Positions 28,237 to 39,360 of a stretch of DNA of 64,000 nucleotides are shown here, piece after piece (position 1 is the stretch's first letter; every line of letters starts with the position of its first letter). The translations under genes and the position numbers were made by a program. The notes below the pieces were generated by a model. It had not been told where the DNA came from, made no database searches, and saw only the letters and a list, made by a program, of their open reading frames with translations. The stretch comes from a bacterium (GTDB lineage Bacteria; Verrucomicrobiota; Verrucomicrobiia; Methylacidiphilales; Verrucolacustridaceae), in the NCBI GenBank assembly GCA_043805085.1, contig JAZDII010000086.1, positions 2,807 to 66,806 of the forward strand, given 5' to 3'.

Positions 28237-29367
28237 TCAGGTCAACTCCGCCAATTTTTCAAAAATGTTCAAAGGATGATTCTTTGGCCGGATCTCCGCC
28301 ATGCGACGGCGAATCTCCTCCAACCGCTCCGGATGCCGCATCCACTCTGCAACGATAACCGGCAAATCCCGTGCGCGCCGCGCCATTTGCCCTAAACCAT
28401 ATTTGCGACAAAACTTCACCGTGATTCCTTCTTGCGGCATCACGCCCCCCAACCCGTTAAAAATAAGAGGACAGCCGGAAAGAATCGCCTCGCTCGTCGT
28501 GCCCGTGCCCGGTCGCGCGACAATCGCCGAAGCCGCGCCCAAAATGCGCGGCATGTCATCAGTATAAGCCATAGCTTTGACGGGAAATCCCGAATGTAGC
28601 CTAGCCCAGCCCTTCACTTCTGCAAGCGTTCGCTTCGACCTCCCGCAAAGAGCCAAAACCTGCGACCTCACACCGGCTTTCCAAAGAGCGTTAAGAAACC
28701 GAAGATGACAATTCGCCCCCATCGCGCCCGTTCCCAAAACGAGAAGAAACTGCCGAGGATCAAAACCAAGTTCTTTTTCAACAAACTGATCCCTCTCTTG
28801 CTCGCGCCATGAGCCAGCCCAAAAAGCCGGCCTCAACAAAAAACCCCCGCTCCAAATCCGCTCCAACGGCATTCCCCAATCCGCCGCCGCCTGACACGTC
28901 TCGTCCACCGCGCCGATGAATAAATCCGCCTGCGGATTGACCCAGTGTTTACTAAAACCGTAGCCGCCGAACAACTCGCCGCAATAGGTGACGCACTTCA
29001 CATCTTTTAACACCGCACGCGCCAACTCAAAAAAACCGTGGTTCAGCGTCCCGTGCACGCTGACGATGACATCCGGCCTTGTTTCTTTTAACACGCGCTG
29101 AAACTTCTTTTTCCCTAACATACGCCGCGAGCTCCGGCACATACCGGCAACTTCAAGAAAGTTAAAATAGACATGGTGCAATGCGGGACAATTTTTCTGG
29201 ATAAAATTATAAAACCCCACGCCGAACCGATACAACCCGTGCGCGTCCTCCAATGCTTGATGCACGACTGCTTCCGCGTCCGCCGCGCGCGCCGCCCACT
29301 CGCGCAACGCCCGCGCGCGCATATCATGCCCGCCGCCGGTGCTGGAAGTAAGAACAAGAATTTTCAT
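28237..29367 (-). CDS. MGDG-synthase/MurG-like glycosyltransferase (GT28)
   Basis: MKILVLTSSTGGGHDMRARAL...FYNF...HHVYFNFLE is typical of the N-terminal domain of monogalactosyldiacylglycerol synthases. The ORF-track start at 29706 adds ~113 residues that are not homologous and overlap the divergent gene. Confidence 0.75.
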   Translation of the reverse strand: MKILVLTSSTGGGHDMRARALREWAARAADAEAVVHQALEDAHGLYRFGVGFYNFIQKNCPALHHVYFNFLEVAGMCRSSRRMLGKKKFQRVLKETRPDVIVSVHGTLNHGFFELARAVLKDVKCVTYCGELFGGYGFSKHWVNPQADLFIGAVDETCQAAADWGMPLERIWSGGFLLRPAFWAGSWREQERDQFVEKELGFDPRQFLLVLGTGAMGANCHLRFLNALWKAGVRSQVLALCGRSKRTLAEVKGWARLHSGFPVKAMAYTDDMPRILGAASAIVARPGTGTTSEAILSGCPLIFNGLGGVMPQEGITVKFCRKYGLGQMARRARDLPVIVAEWMRHPERLEEIRRRMAEIRPKNHPLNIFEKLAELT

Positions 29368-29436
29368 CGCAAACAAGCCCGCCCATTCCTCCATAGACAA
29401 GACTTCAAACAAGGAGCATAAATAACACTCCCCGCT

Positions 29437-30474
29437 ATGGCAAAGATTCTCTACGGCGTCATGGGCAACACGTATGGCCACATTATGCGAGCCCGCGCGA
29501 TTGTGAACCAGTGGAAAGGGCATGAATTCTACTTCATCGGCGGCGGGCGCGTGATGGAAACGTTGAAAAAAGAATTCCCCGTTCTTGAAGTCCCCGTTCT
29601 GCGCACGGTGCACCGCAAGCAAAGCGTGAATGTGCCCGCCGTCATCGAACAAATCTTCGGGCGGCTTTGGGACATCCCGCGCGTCTGCAAACGCATCGCG
29701 CGGCACATCGAATCATGGCAGCCGGACTTGGCCGTTTGCGACCGCGAGTTTTTCCTCCCGTTCGCTTGCCGCCGAACCGGCCTGCGCTGCGTTTCCGTTG
29801 ACCATTCCCATGTCCTCATCAACTGCCGCTACCCCGTGCCTTCATCCCAACGCCTTTCGTGGTCTCTTGCGATGGCCAACGATCTCCTCCTCTTCAACCA
29901 CACGCGCGAAAACTGCATCGTCTCGTTTTTTCATCCGCCGTTGAAAAAAAACGCGCCCGCCTTTCTTTTCCCGCCTGTGCTGCGACCAGAAGTCACCGCC
30001 ATTCAGCCCGGCCACGGCGAACATGTCCTCGTTTATCAAACCAGCCCCACGTTCAAATTCCTCATAGACGCGCTGCGCAGCCTGAAACGCAAAGTGATTG
30101 TCTACGGCTTCAGAAACGAGCTGGAAACGCAAAGAAACATCACTTTCAAACCTTACAACCTCAACTCCATCCTCGAAGACCTTGCCGGTTGCGCCTATGC
30201 CGTCGTCAACGGCGGGCACAACCTCATCTCCGAAGCCCTTTTCTTCGGCAAACCCGTCCTGTGTTTTCCCATCGCCAATCTTTTCGAGCAATTCCTCAAC
30301 GCATGGCACGTCCGCGAACTCGGCTACGGCGATTTTTCCCTTTCCACAAAACCCAACGCGGCTTTGTTTGAACAATTCGAAGCCAAACTCGACTCATTTC
30401 ACATCGAAGGAAAAAACTTCGACGGCACGAGCCAAGTTGTCCATTACCTGCAAAATCGTCTGCCGTCCGCATGA
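29437..30474 (+). CDS. Glycosyltransferase (GT-B, MJ1255/TIGR00661-like)
   Basis: The sequence shows MAKILYGVMGNTYGHIMRA... and C-terminal AVVNGGHNLISEALFFGKPVLCFP. Confidence 0.65.
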   Translation: MAKILYGVMGNTYGHIMRARAIVNQWKGHEFYFIGGGRVMETLKKEFPVLEVPVLRTVHRKQSVNVPAVIEQIFGRLWDIPRVCKRIARHIESWQPDLAVCDREFFLPFACRRTGLRCVSVDHSHVLINCRYPVPSSQRLSWSLAMANDLLLFNHTRENCIVSFFHPPLKKNAPAFLFPPVLRPEVTAIQPGHGEHVLVYQTSPTFKFLIDALRSLKRKVIVYGFRNELETQRNITFKPYNLNSILEDLAGCAYAVVNGGHNLISEALFFGKPVLCFPIANLFEQFLNAWHVRELGYGDFSLSTKPNAALFEQFEAKLDSFHIEGKNFDGTSQVVHYLQNRLPSA

Positions 30475-31778
30475 AACCGCGCCTCGCTTATTTCACCGTG
30501 CGCTATCCCACGCTGACGCAAACGTTCATCCAGCGCGAAGTCGAAGGCCTTTGCCGTCAAGGACTGGACGTGCACGTTTTCCCCTGCCAACAATTCGGCC
30601 TGCCGGTCCCAAGCAAAGCGGGAGAAAGACCCGCCATACATCCTTTGGACTCAAAAAACTGGGCGCATTTATTGAGCGAAACCGCCTCCGCTCTTTGGCG
30701 GGAACCGAAGTTGGCCTTAAGTTTCCTTCATTTCGTCAAAGTTTATCACATCAACAAAAGCCGCAGTTTTCTTTCTGAAAAATTTTCAGAAAACATTTTC
30801 GGTTGCCGCGTCTTTTCGGAAAATTTCTTGGCCAATCTTTGGGGATGCTTGGCCGCGCTTGCCCATCTACACAAGCTGCGGGAACTGGATGTTCACATGG
30901 TTCACGGCGCATGGGCCACCATGCCCGCCACTGCCGCAGCCGTTTGCTCTTATTTTCTAAAAAAACCGTTCTCCTTCGGCGCGCATGCTTACGATCTCTA
31001 CCGCCACGGCGGCGACGGCTTGCTCAAGGAAAAACTCAACGCCGCCGCTTTTGTCCACACCACCACGCAAACCAACTCGCGCCTTTTGCTCTCGCTCATC
31101 CAGCAAAATAAAAACCGATGCGACATGGTGGCCGTCCCTCGTGGTTTGCCCGACCTGCCGCCGTTCATCGAACGCGCCGAGCTACCTCAAACGATCCGCA
31201 TCCTCTCCGTTGGCAGACTCATTTCTAAAAAAGGCCACACGCACCAAATCGAAGCCTGCCGCGTTCTTAAAAAACGCGGTCTTCCCTTTCATCTCAAAAT
31301 CATCGGCGACGGCCTGCTGCGCCAAGAACTGCAAAACAAAATCAATTCCCTCGGCTTAACGACACAAATCGAACTCGCCGGCGCGCTCTTGCCGGAAGCC
31401 GTTTGGAAGGCTTACCATGACGCCGATCTCTTTTGGCACACCGGCATCGTGGACGCCTTTGGCGACCGCGATGGCCTACCCAACGTCATCCCCGAAGCCA
31501 TGGCGCATGGCGTTCCCGTCATCTCCTCAACCGGCGAAGGAGCTGCGGAAGCCGTCCAACACAACATCACCGGCCTCATCGTAGACGTGACCTCGCCTGA
31601 AGCGTTGGCAACAGCCGTGGAACAGCTCGCCCAACAGCGCGACCTCCGCGCCCGCCTCGCTCGCAACGCCCGCCAATGGGTCGAAGAAAACTTTTCTACA
31701 GAAAAAAACACCGCCGTCCTCGCCAACGCTTTTGTCCGAGCCATTGCTAAACATAACTCCGCAACACCATCTCCTTAG
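30471..31778 (+). CDS. Glycosyltransferase family 4 (WcaL-like)
   Basis: The sequence shows VGRLISKKGH, and DGLPNVIPEAMAHGVPVISS matches the E-x7-E motif. It overlaps the upstream glycosyltransferase gene by 4 nt. Confidence 0.8.
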   Translation: MKPRLAYFTVRYPTLTQTFIQREVEGLCRQGLDVHVFPCQQFGLPVPSKAGERPAIHPLDSKNWAHLLSETASALWREPKLALSFLHFVKVYHINKSRSFLSEKFSENIFGCRVFSENFLANLWGCLAALAHLHKLRELDVHMVHGAWATMPATAAAVCSYFLKKPFSFGAHAYDLYRHGGDGLLKEKLNAAAFVHTTTQTNSRLLLSLIQQNKNRCDMVAVPRGLPDLPPFIERAELPQTIRILSVGRLISKKGHTHQIEACRVLKKRGLPFHLKIIGDGLLRQELQNKINSLGLTTQIELAGALLPEAVWKAYHDADLFWHTGIVDAFGDRDGLPNVIPEAMAHGVPVISSTGEGAAEAVQHNITGLIVDVTSPEALATAVEQLAQQRDLRARLARNARQWVEENFSTEKNTAVLANAFVRAIAKHNSATPSP

Positions 31779-31814
31779 CTTGTTTTCATTCTTCTTTTGT
31801 GTTACTCATCAAAC

Positions 31815-32039
31815 ATGAAACTGCCCAAACTAACCGTCATCATTGAGCACACGCCGCGATTTTTCGTCGCCACTTGTCCTGAGTTAGACATCGTTAGCCA
31901 AGGGAAAACATTCAAGGAAGCCGAACGCAACATTCAAGAAGCGGTGGAACTTTTTTTGGAATGCGCTTCTGAAAAAGAAATCAACCGCCGTTTAGAACGC
32001 AAAGTGCAAATCAAACGTTTGGAATTAGCGCATGCCTAA
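31815..32039 (+). CDS. hicB: HicB-family antitoxin
   Basis: LTVIIEHTPRFFVATCPELDIVSQGKTFKEAERNIQEAVELFLE fits the UPF0150/HicB fold pattern. I chose the ATG at 31815; the track's TTG at 31797 is less likely. Confidence 0.75.
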   Translation: MKLPKLTVIIEHTPRFFVATCPELDIVSQGKTFKEAERNIQEAVELFLECASEKEINRRLERKVQIKRLELAHA

Positions 32040-32256
32040 GCTTAAGGTTCTATCAGGCAAAGAAACCTGCGCCATTTTAGAAAAACACGGCTTTGTGAAA
32101 GTAAGGCAAAAAGGAAGTCACATCATCATGCGACGCGAATTGGAGTATGAAGACAGTGTCACTGTTCCCGTGCCCAATCATCGAGAACTTGATAAAGGTA
32201 CACTGAACGGAATTATTCGCCAATCTGGTATCAACAAAAACGCTTTTCTTTGTTAA
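32032..32256 (+). CDS. hicA: HicA-family mRNA interferase toxin
   Basis: MPKLKVLSGKETCAILEKHGFVKVRQKGSHIIM...VPVPNHRELDKGTLNGIIRQSGI is the YcfA/HicA signature. It overlaps hicB by 8 nt. Confidence 0.85.
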   Translation: MPKLKVLSGKETCAILEKHGFVKVRQKGSHIIMRRELEYEDSVTVPVPNHRELDKGTLNGIIRQSGINKNAFLC

Positions 32257-32274
32257 AAACGTTTCAGTCCTAAT

Positions 32275-32823
32275 ATGAAACTTGTTCGCTTCTTTTCTGC
32301 GCTTCTTTTTCTCACCCTTCCATTCTCAAGCAATGCCAACGCGGCAACAACCTTCACCGGCAGAGTCGTCGGTGTGAGCGACGGCGACACCATGGAAGTC
32401 ATGAAAGGCCGAAGAGCCGTCAAAATTCGTCTCTACGGCATTGACTGCCCTGAAAAATCCCAACCCTTCGGCCAACGCGCTAAGCAATTCACCTCGTCTT
32501 TTGCCTTTGGAAAAACCGCGCGAGTCGAAAGCAAAGAAAAAGACCAATACAACCGTTTCGTCGCAGAAGTTTTCGTGGACAACAAAAGCCTCAACGCCGC
32601 GCTCGTGGAAAACGGCCTCGCATGGGCCTACCGGCATTATACCACAAAATTCGTCCCGCTCGAAGAACAAGCCCGCCAAGCCAAGCGCGGCCTTTGGGCC
32701 GACCCCAACCCCACCCCGCCTTGGGAATTTCGCCGCAACCCGCCTAAAAATTTTCAGCACCTGTCCCAACGCTGTCGGGATTGGCTTCGGTTCTTCCGCG
32801 CTCTCTTGAAAGAAACCCGTTAA
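32275..32823 (+). CDS. Secreted thermonuclease (staphylococcal nuclease, SNase) homologue
   Basis: A signal peptide is followed by GRVVGVSDGDTMEV...IRLYGIDCPEKSQPFG...YNRFVAEV...NAALVENGLAW, the SNase core pattern. Confidence 0.85.
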   Translation: MKLVRFFSALLFLTLPFSSNANAATTFTGRVVGVSDGDTMEVMKGRRAVKIRLYGIDCPEKSQPFGQRAKQFTSSFAFGKTARVESKEKDQYNRFVAEVFVDNKSLNAALVENGLAWAYRHYTTKFVPLEEQARQAKRGLWADPNPTPPWEFRRNPPKNFQHLSQRCRDWLRFFRALLKETR

Positions 32824-32844
32824 AACTTTATCCTCCCTCTTTTC

Positions 32845-33396
32845 ATGAACCCTCAACCAACACTTCACACCTCACGTCTTATCCTTAGACCATTTCAATT
32901 GGAAGACGCGCCGATGGTTCAAAAACTGGCCGGAGACAAAGACGTCGCCTCAACAACGCTAACCATTCCTCATCCTTACGAGGACGGCATGGCGGAAAAA
33001 TGGATTAAAACGCGCACGATAGACTACGAAAAAGGTGAAAGAATAACCTTTGCCATCACCCATAAAAGCAGCCTTATCGGCGCGATTAACCTCCGCAACG
33101 ACGAACACATTCACCAATGCGCTGAAATAGGCTATTGGATTGGCAAGCCTTATTGGAAAAACGGATTTTGCACCGAAGCCGCCCTCGCCCTTTTATGTTA
33201 CGGCTTTCAGGAACTAGGCTTGAACCGCATCTACGCCACACATTTTGTTCGCAATCCGGCATCCGGCCGCGTGATGCAAAAAATCGGCATGAAAAAAGAA
33301 GGTGTTCTCCGTCAAAGCGTCCAAAAATGGGGGGTATTTGAAGACCAGGTCCTCTACGGCATCCTCAAAAGCGAATTTGAATCAGCTCAAAAATAA
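32845..33396 (+). CDS. GNAT family N-acetyltransferase (RimJ/RimL-like)
   Basis: The sequence shows LHTSRLILRPFQLEDAP..., IGYWIGKPYWKNGFCTEA and NPASGRVMQKIGMKKEG. Confidence 0.85.
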   Translation: MNPQPTLHTSRLILRPFQLEDAPMVQKLAGDKDVASTTLTIPHPYEDGMAEKWIKTRTIDYEKGERITFAITHKSSLIGAINLRNDEHIHQCAEIGYWIGKPYWKNGFCTEAALALLCYGFQELGLNRIYATHFVRNPASGRVMQKIGMKKEGVLRQSVQKWGVFEDQVLYGILKSEFESAQK

Positions 33397-33409
33397 ATCT
33401 TGCCTCGCC

Positions 33410-34960
33410 TCACGGCGTGCAACGGCTTTCTTTTTTCTTCCCGCCAACCTGCAGCCAGCGATTCACGGCGTTGAGATAAGCCCGTGCGCTGGCTTCGATA
33501 ACGTCCGTTGACGACGCTTTTCCTGCGATGAGCTCGCCGCCTTTTTCAAACTGCACTTTCAACGCCACCTCGCCGATGGCGTCCTTGCCCTGTGTCACGG
33601 CGCGAACGTTGTATTCCATCAAATTGCCGCTCTGGCCGACGATGCGGTCAATGGTCTTCATCGCCGCGTCCACCGCGCCGTCGCCCATGCCAGCGTCGGA
33701 CAATACTTGCGCGCCTTTTTTGATGCGCACCGTGGCCGTCGGCACCGTGCCCGTGCCGGAATTGACGTTCAGATACGCCAAGGAAAACGTCTCTTTCACT
33801 TCGGCGATTTGCTCATTAACCAACGCCGTCAAATCATCGTCATAGACAAACTTCTTCTTGTCGCCGATTTCTTTGAACTTGGCGAAAATCCGGCCAATCT
33901 CCGCTTCGTTCAATTTGAAGCCGAGTTGCTGCAACCGCCGCGCGATGGCATTGCGCCCGCTGTGTTTGGTGAGCGGCAACTCCGTCTCGCCCCAACCAAT
34001 CTTGCGCGGGTCCATGATTTCATACGTCTCGCGCTTCTTGATAATACCGTCTTGATGAATCCCCGCGCTATGCGCAAACGCATTCTCGCCGACGACCGCT
34101 TTATTGCGCTGCACAATCATGCCGGACATGCGCGACACCAAGCGCGATGTTTTCACGATTTCCTTCAAATTCAAATTCGTGCGAAAATTTTTGAAATGAT
34201 CCCTGCGCGTCGTCAACGCCATGACGATTTCCTCCAGCGCCGCATTGCCCGCGCGTTCGCCGATGCCGTTGATCGTCCCTTCGACCTGCCGCGCGCCGTT
34301 TTGGATTGCCGCCAGTGAATTTGCCACAGCCAATCCAAGATCATTATGGCAGTGCACGCTGATAACCGCATCGTCAATGTTCTTCACATTCGAGCGCAGA
34401 TACGCAATCAACGCGCCGTATTCCTCCGGCGTGGAATAACCCACCGTATCGGGAATGTTGACCGTCCTCGCGCCCGCGCGGATGACCGCCTCCGTCACCT
34501 TCGCCAAAAACTCCGGCTCTGTGCGCGATGCGTCTTCCGGCGAAAACTCCACGTCCTTCACCAGCCCCCGCGCCCGCTTCACGCCTTCCACAGCCAAGCG
34601 CAAAATTTCGTCCTGCGCTTTGTTGAACTTGAACTCGCGGTGAATTTTGGACGTCGCCAAAAACACATGAATCCGCGCGCGCGAACCAGCGGGCTTCAAC
34701 GCCGCCGCCGCCGCGTCAATATCCTTCGACACGCACCGCGCCAAACCGGCGATAACCGGCCCCTTAATCTGCGAAGCAATCTGATGCACCGACGCAAAAT
34801 CCCCCTCGCTGATGACGGGAAACCCCGCCTCAATGATGTCTATATTGAGCCGTTGCAACTGCCGCGCCACCTCCAGCTTTTGACGGGGATTCATGCTCGC
34901 GCCCGGGCATTGCTCTCCGTCTCTCAACGTGGTGTCAAAAAATTTGATGACTTCTGACAT
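33410..34960 (-). CDS. leuA: 2-isopropylmalate synthase
   Basis: [10 protein letters not shown] and [16 protein letters not shown] are present, together with the C-terminal LeuA dimerisation/regulatory domain. Confidence 0.95.
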   Translation of the reverse strand: MSEVIKFFDTTLRDGEQCPGASMNPRQKLEVARQLQRLNIDIIEAGFPVISEGDFASVHQIASQIKGPVIAGLARCVSKDIDAAAAALKPAGSRARIHVFLATSKIHREFKFNKAQDEILRLAVEGVKRARGLVKDVEFSPEDASRTEPEFLAKVTEAVIRAGARTVNIPDTVGYSTPEEYGALIAYLRSNVKNIDDAVISVHCHNDLGLAVANSLAAIQNGARQVEGTINGIGERAGNAALEEIVMALTTRRDHFKNFRTNLNLKEIVKTSRLVSRMSGMIVQRNKAVVGENAFAHSAGIHQDGIIKKRETYEIMDPRKIGWGETELPLTKHSGRNAIARRLQQLGFKLNEAEIGRIFAKFKEIGDKKKFVYDDDLTALVNEQIAEVKETFSLAYLNVNSGTGTVPTATVRIKKGAQVLSDAGMGDGAVDAAMKTIDRIVGQSGNLMEYNVRAVTQGKDAIGEVALKVQFEKGGELIAGKASSTDVIEASARAYLNAVNRWLQVGGKKKESRCTP

Positions 34961-34974
34961 AAACCTTCTCTCGT

Positions 34975-35001
34975 GTCATCCCCGCGAAAGCGGGAATCCA
35001 G
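34975..35001. repeat. Palindromic repeat, subtype A (gtcatccccgcgaaagcgggaatccag)
   Basis: A hairpin forms between cccgc and gcggg with a gaaa loop. It lies in the 53-nt gap between the ilvC stop and the leuA start. Related copies are at 52341, 60864 and 60913. Confidence 0.7.
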
Positions 35002-35013
35002 TTCACTCGAACC

Positions 35014-36039
35014 TTAATAAGCCGCCTGCACCCCTTTAATATTTTTCTTCCCAACCCACGGCATCATCGCGCGCAAACGCTGCCCCGTCTTTTCAATGGG
35101 ATGATTTGCGCCCTTGGCCAGCAAAGCCTTGTATTTTTTGCAACCTGCTTTGTATTCCTTCACCCACTCGCGCACAAACGAGCCAGAGCGAATGTCCCCA
35201 AGGCACTTCTCCATATTCTTCTTCACGCGCGCGTCAACGATTTGAGGCCCGCGCGTCACGTCGCCGTATTTGGCCGTGTCCGAAATGGAAAAACGCATGC
35301 CGCTGATGCCCGCTTCATTGATGAGGTCCACAATCAATTTCATCTCATGCAACACCTCAAAATAAGCCATCTCCGGCTGATACCCGGCCTTCACCAGCGT
35401 TTCATAGCCCGACAAAATCAGCGACGTCACCCCGCCGCAAAGCACCGCTTGCTCGCCGAACAAATCCGTTTCCGTCTCTTCCTTGAACGTCGTCTGAATC
35501 ACGCCCGCGCGCGTCGCGCCGATGCCCTTCGCCCACGCCAACGCCATCTGTTTCGCTTTCTTCGATTTGTCCTGATAAATTGCGATTAACGCCGGCACGC
35601 CTTTGCCTTCGAGATATTGACGGCGCACGATATGCCCCGGCCCCTTCGGTGCGACCATGATCACGTCCACATCTTTCGGCGGCGCGATAAGCTTGTAATG
35701 AATCGCCAACCCATGCGCAAAAAGCAGCGTCTTGCCGTGTTTCAAATTCGGTTTGATGTCCTTTTCATACACGCTGGGAATCACCATGTCCGGCGTGGAA
35801 ACAAAAACCACATCGGCCTGCTTCACCGCTTCGGCATTGGAAACAACCTTAAAACCCTTTTGCTTCGCCACGGGAATAGACTTGCTGCCGTTATAAAGAC
35901 CGATGATGACCTTGACCCCGCTATCCTTAAGGTTCAGCGCATGGGCATGGCCTTGCGCGCCGAAGCCGATAACGGCCACGGTTTTATTTTTCAAAAATTT
36001 CAAATCTGCGTCTTTGTCCGTATAAATTTTAGCGGGCAT
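35014..36039 (-). CDS. ilvC: Ketol-acid reductoisomerase
   Basis: GFGAQGHAHALNLKDSG is the NADP-binding motif. The 341-aa length fits the class I enzyme. Confidence 0.95.
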   Translation of the reverse strand: MPAKIYTDKDADLKFLKNKTVAVIGFGAQGHAHALNLKDSGVKVIIGLYNGSKSIPVAKQKGFKVVSNAEAVKQADVVFVSTPDMVIPSVYEKDIKPNLKHGKTLLFAHGLAIHYKLIAPPKDVDVIMVAPKGPGHIVRRQYLEGKGVPALIAIYQDKSKKAKQMALAWAKGIGATRAGVIQTTFKEETETDLFGEQAVLCGGVTSLILSGYETLVKAGYQPEMAYFEVLHEMKLIVDLINEAGISGMRFSISDTAKYGDVTRGPQIVDARVKKNMEKCLGDIRSGSFVREWVKEYKAGCKKYKALLAKGANHPIEKTGQRLRAMMPWVGKKNIKGVQAAY

Positions 36040-36127
36040 TTTTCTTTCCTTTTTTGAATGTTAAACAGCTCGTTCGACGAGCAAACCATTATTCTACGCC
36101 AAAGCGCAGCGTGCTTGAAGTCTTTTT

Positions 36128-36601
36128 TTAACTTCGCGCCAAAGCAATCTTCCCCGTTCGGCTTAAATCAAGAATGCCGAAGGGGGTCATCAGCTCGATG
36201 AACTTCGTCACTTTCCCTTCGTTGCCCGTGACCTCGATGGTCAAGCTATGGGGCTGAACGTCCACGATTTTCGTGCGGAAAATATCGCAAATTTGCATCA
36301 CTTCGGCGCGGGATTGCGCCTTCACTTTCACCTTCACCAACACCAATTCCCTGTCCACAGATTCGTCGCCCTTGAAGTCCTGCACTTCCTTCACGTCCAC
36401 GAGCCGGTTCAGTTGCTTGATGACTTGATCGAGCACCTGATCATCCCCCACCACGACAATCGTCATGCGGGAAATTTTCGTGTCATGAGTCGGGCCGACG
36501 TTGAGCGTGTCAATATTGAACCCGCGCCCGCTGAACAAACCGGCGATGCGTGTCAGCACGCCGAATTTATTCGCCACTAAAACGGAAATCGTATGTCTCA
36601 T
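36128..36601 (-). CDS. ilvN: Acetolactate synthase small (regulatory) subunit
   Basis: The ACT domain reads HTISVLVANKFGVLTRIAGLFSGRGFNIDTL. The protein is 157 aa. Confidence 0.9.
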   Translation of the reverse strand: MRHTISVLVANKFGVLTRIAGLFSGRGFNIDTLNVGPTHDTKISRMTIVVVGDDQVLDQVIKQLNRLVDVKEVQDFKGDESVDRELVLVKVKVKAQSRAEVMQICDIFRTKIVDVQPHSLTIEVTGNEGKVTKFIELMTPFGILDLSRTGKIALARS

Positions 36602-36604
36602 AAT

Positions 36605-37339
36605 TTACTTTTTGTTAGGAATAAAAAGCCTTTGCCCCACGCGCAGCTTATCTCCCGGTTTCATATCATTTGCCTTGCAAATATCCTCCACCGTCACATG
36701 CACGCCTTTTTTCTGATAAGCTTGCGCAATGATCCATAACGTCTGCCCCTTCTCCACCACATGCTCATACCCTTCCTCTTTTTCCTCTTCCTTTTTAACT
36801 TGGGCTTGAGGCTTTTCCTTGGCGTCCGGCTTAATGTCAACCGCAGGCTCCGACTTGGGAGGATCATCGGGCAGGTCAGATTTTTTTTCAACATCCTCGG
36901 CTTGAGGTTCCTCTTTTGTTTCCGGTTTGGATTTTGATTCTTCCACAGGCGCCGCCTCATTTTCCTGCGCGCTCTTACTGGAAGTTCCTTTCTTTTTTTG
37001 AGCGACAATCTTAGCCACCTCCATCAAAATGGCGTCGCGTTCTTGAACTCTTTTATCTTCGCTTGCGGTTAAATCCTTTTTCAAACGACCATTCTCCGAG
37101 CGCAGCGACGTGACGTCTTCTCTTAACAAATCCATCTCCCGCCTCGAAGCCTGCATGTCCTGCTGCATTTCCGATATCTGGCGCGTCACCGTGTCAATCT
37201 GGTCCGCCGCGCGAAGCAACCGCGTCCGCTCGATCGCCGCGTCCTCGGCCATCGCAGGATCGTTATATTGAGCGAAAACCGGAACGGCCCAAACTGCGCA
37301 TCCCGCCAACGCCACACCTAACCAACGTTGAGAAATCAT
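36605..37339 (-). CDS. Secreted coiled-coil protein with C-terminal LysM domain
   Basis: A signal peptide (AVPVFAQ) is followed by a charged low-complexity middle. The C-terminal YEHVVEKGQTLWIIAQAY...GDKLRVGQRLFIP is a LysM motif. Confidence 0.75.
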   Translation of the reverse strand: MISQRWLGVALAGCAVWAVPVFAQYNDPAMAEDAAIERTRLLRAADQIDTVTRQISEMQQDMQASRREMDLLREDVTSLRSENGRLKKDLTASEDKRVQERDAILMEVAKIVAQKKKGTSSKSAQENEAAPVEESKSKPETKEEPQAEDVEKKSDLPDDPPKSEPAVDIKPDAKEKPQAQVKKEEEKEEGYEHVVEKGQTLWIIAQAYQKKGVHVTVEDICKANDMKPGDKLRVGQRLFIPNKK

Positions 37340-37349
37340 GCGGCAAAAC

Positions 37350-39349
<2,000 letters not shown>

Positions 39350-39360
<11 letters not shown>

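Noticed and set aside
29368-29706. The GT28 ORF carries an N-terminal extension that overlaps the divergent glycosyltransferase gene.
   Set aside because: The MGDG-synthase homology starts at MKILVLTSSTGGGHD (ATG 29367). The upstream residues have no family resemblance.
36694-37008. A 104-aa Lys/Arg-rich ORF lies in an alternative frame of the LysM gene.
   Set aside because: It is a same-strand overlapping frame produced by the charged low-complexity region. The LysM frame has a signal peptide and a LysM motif.
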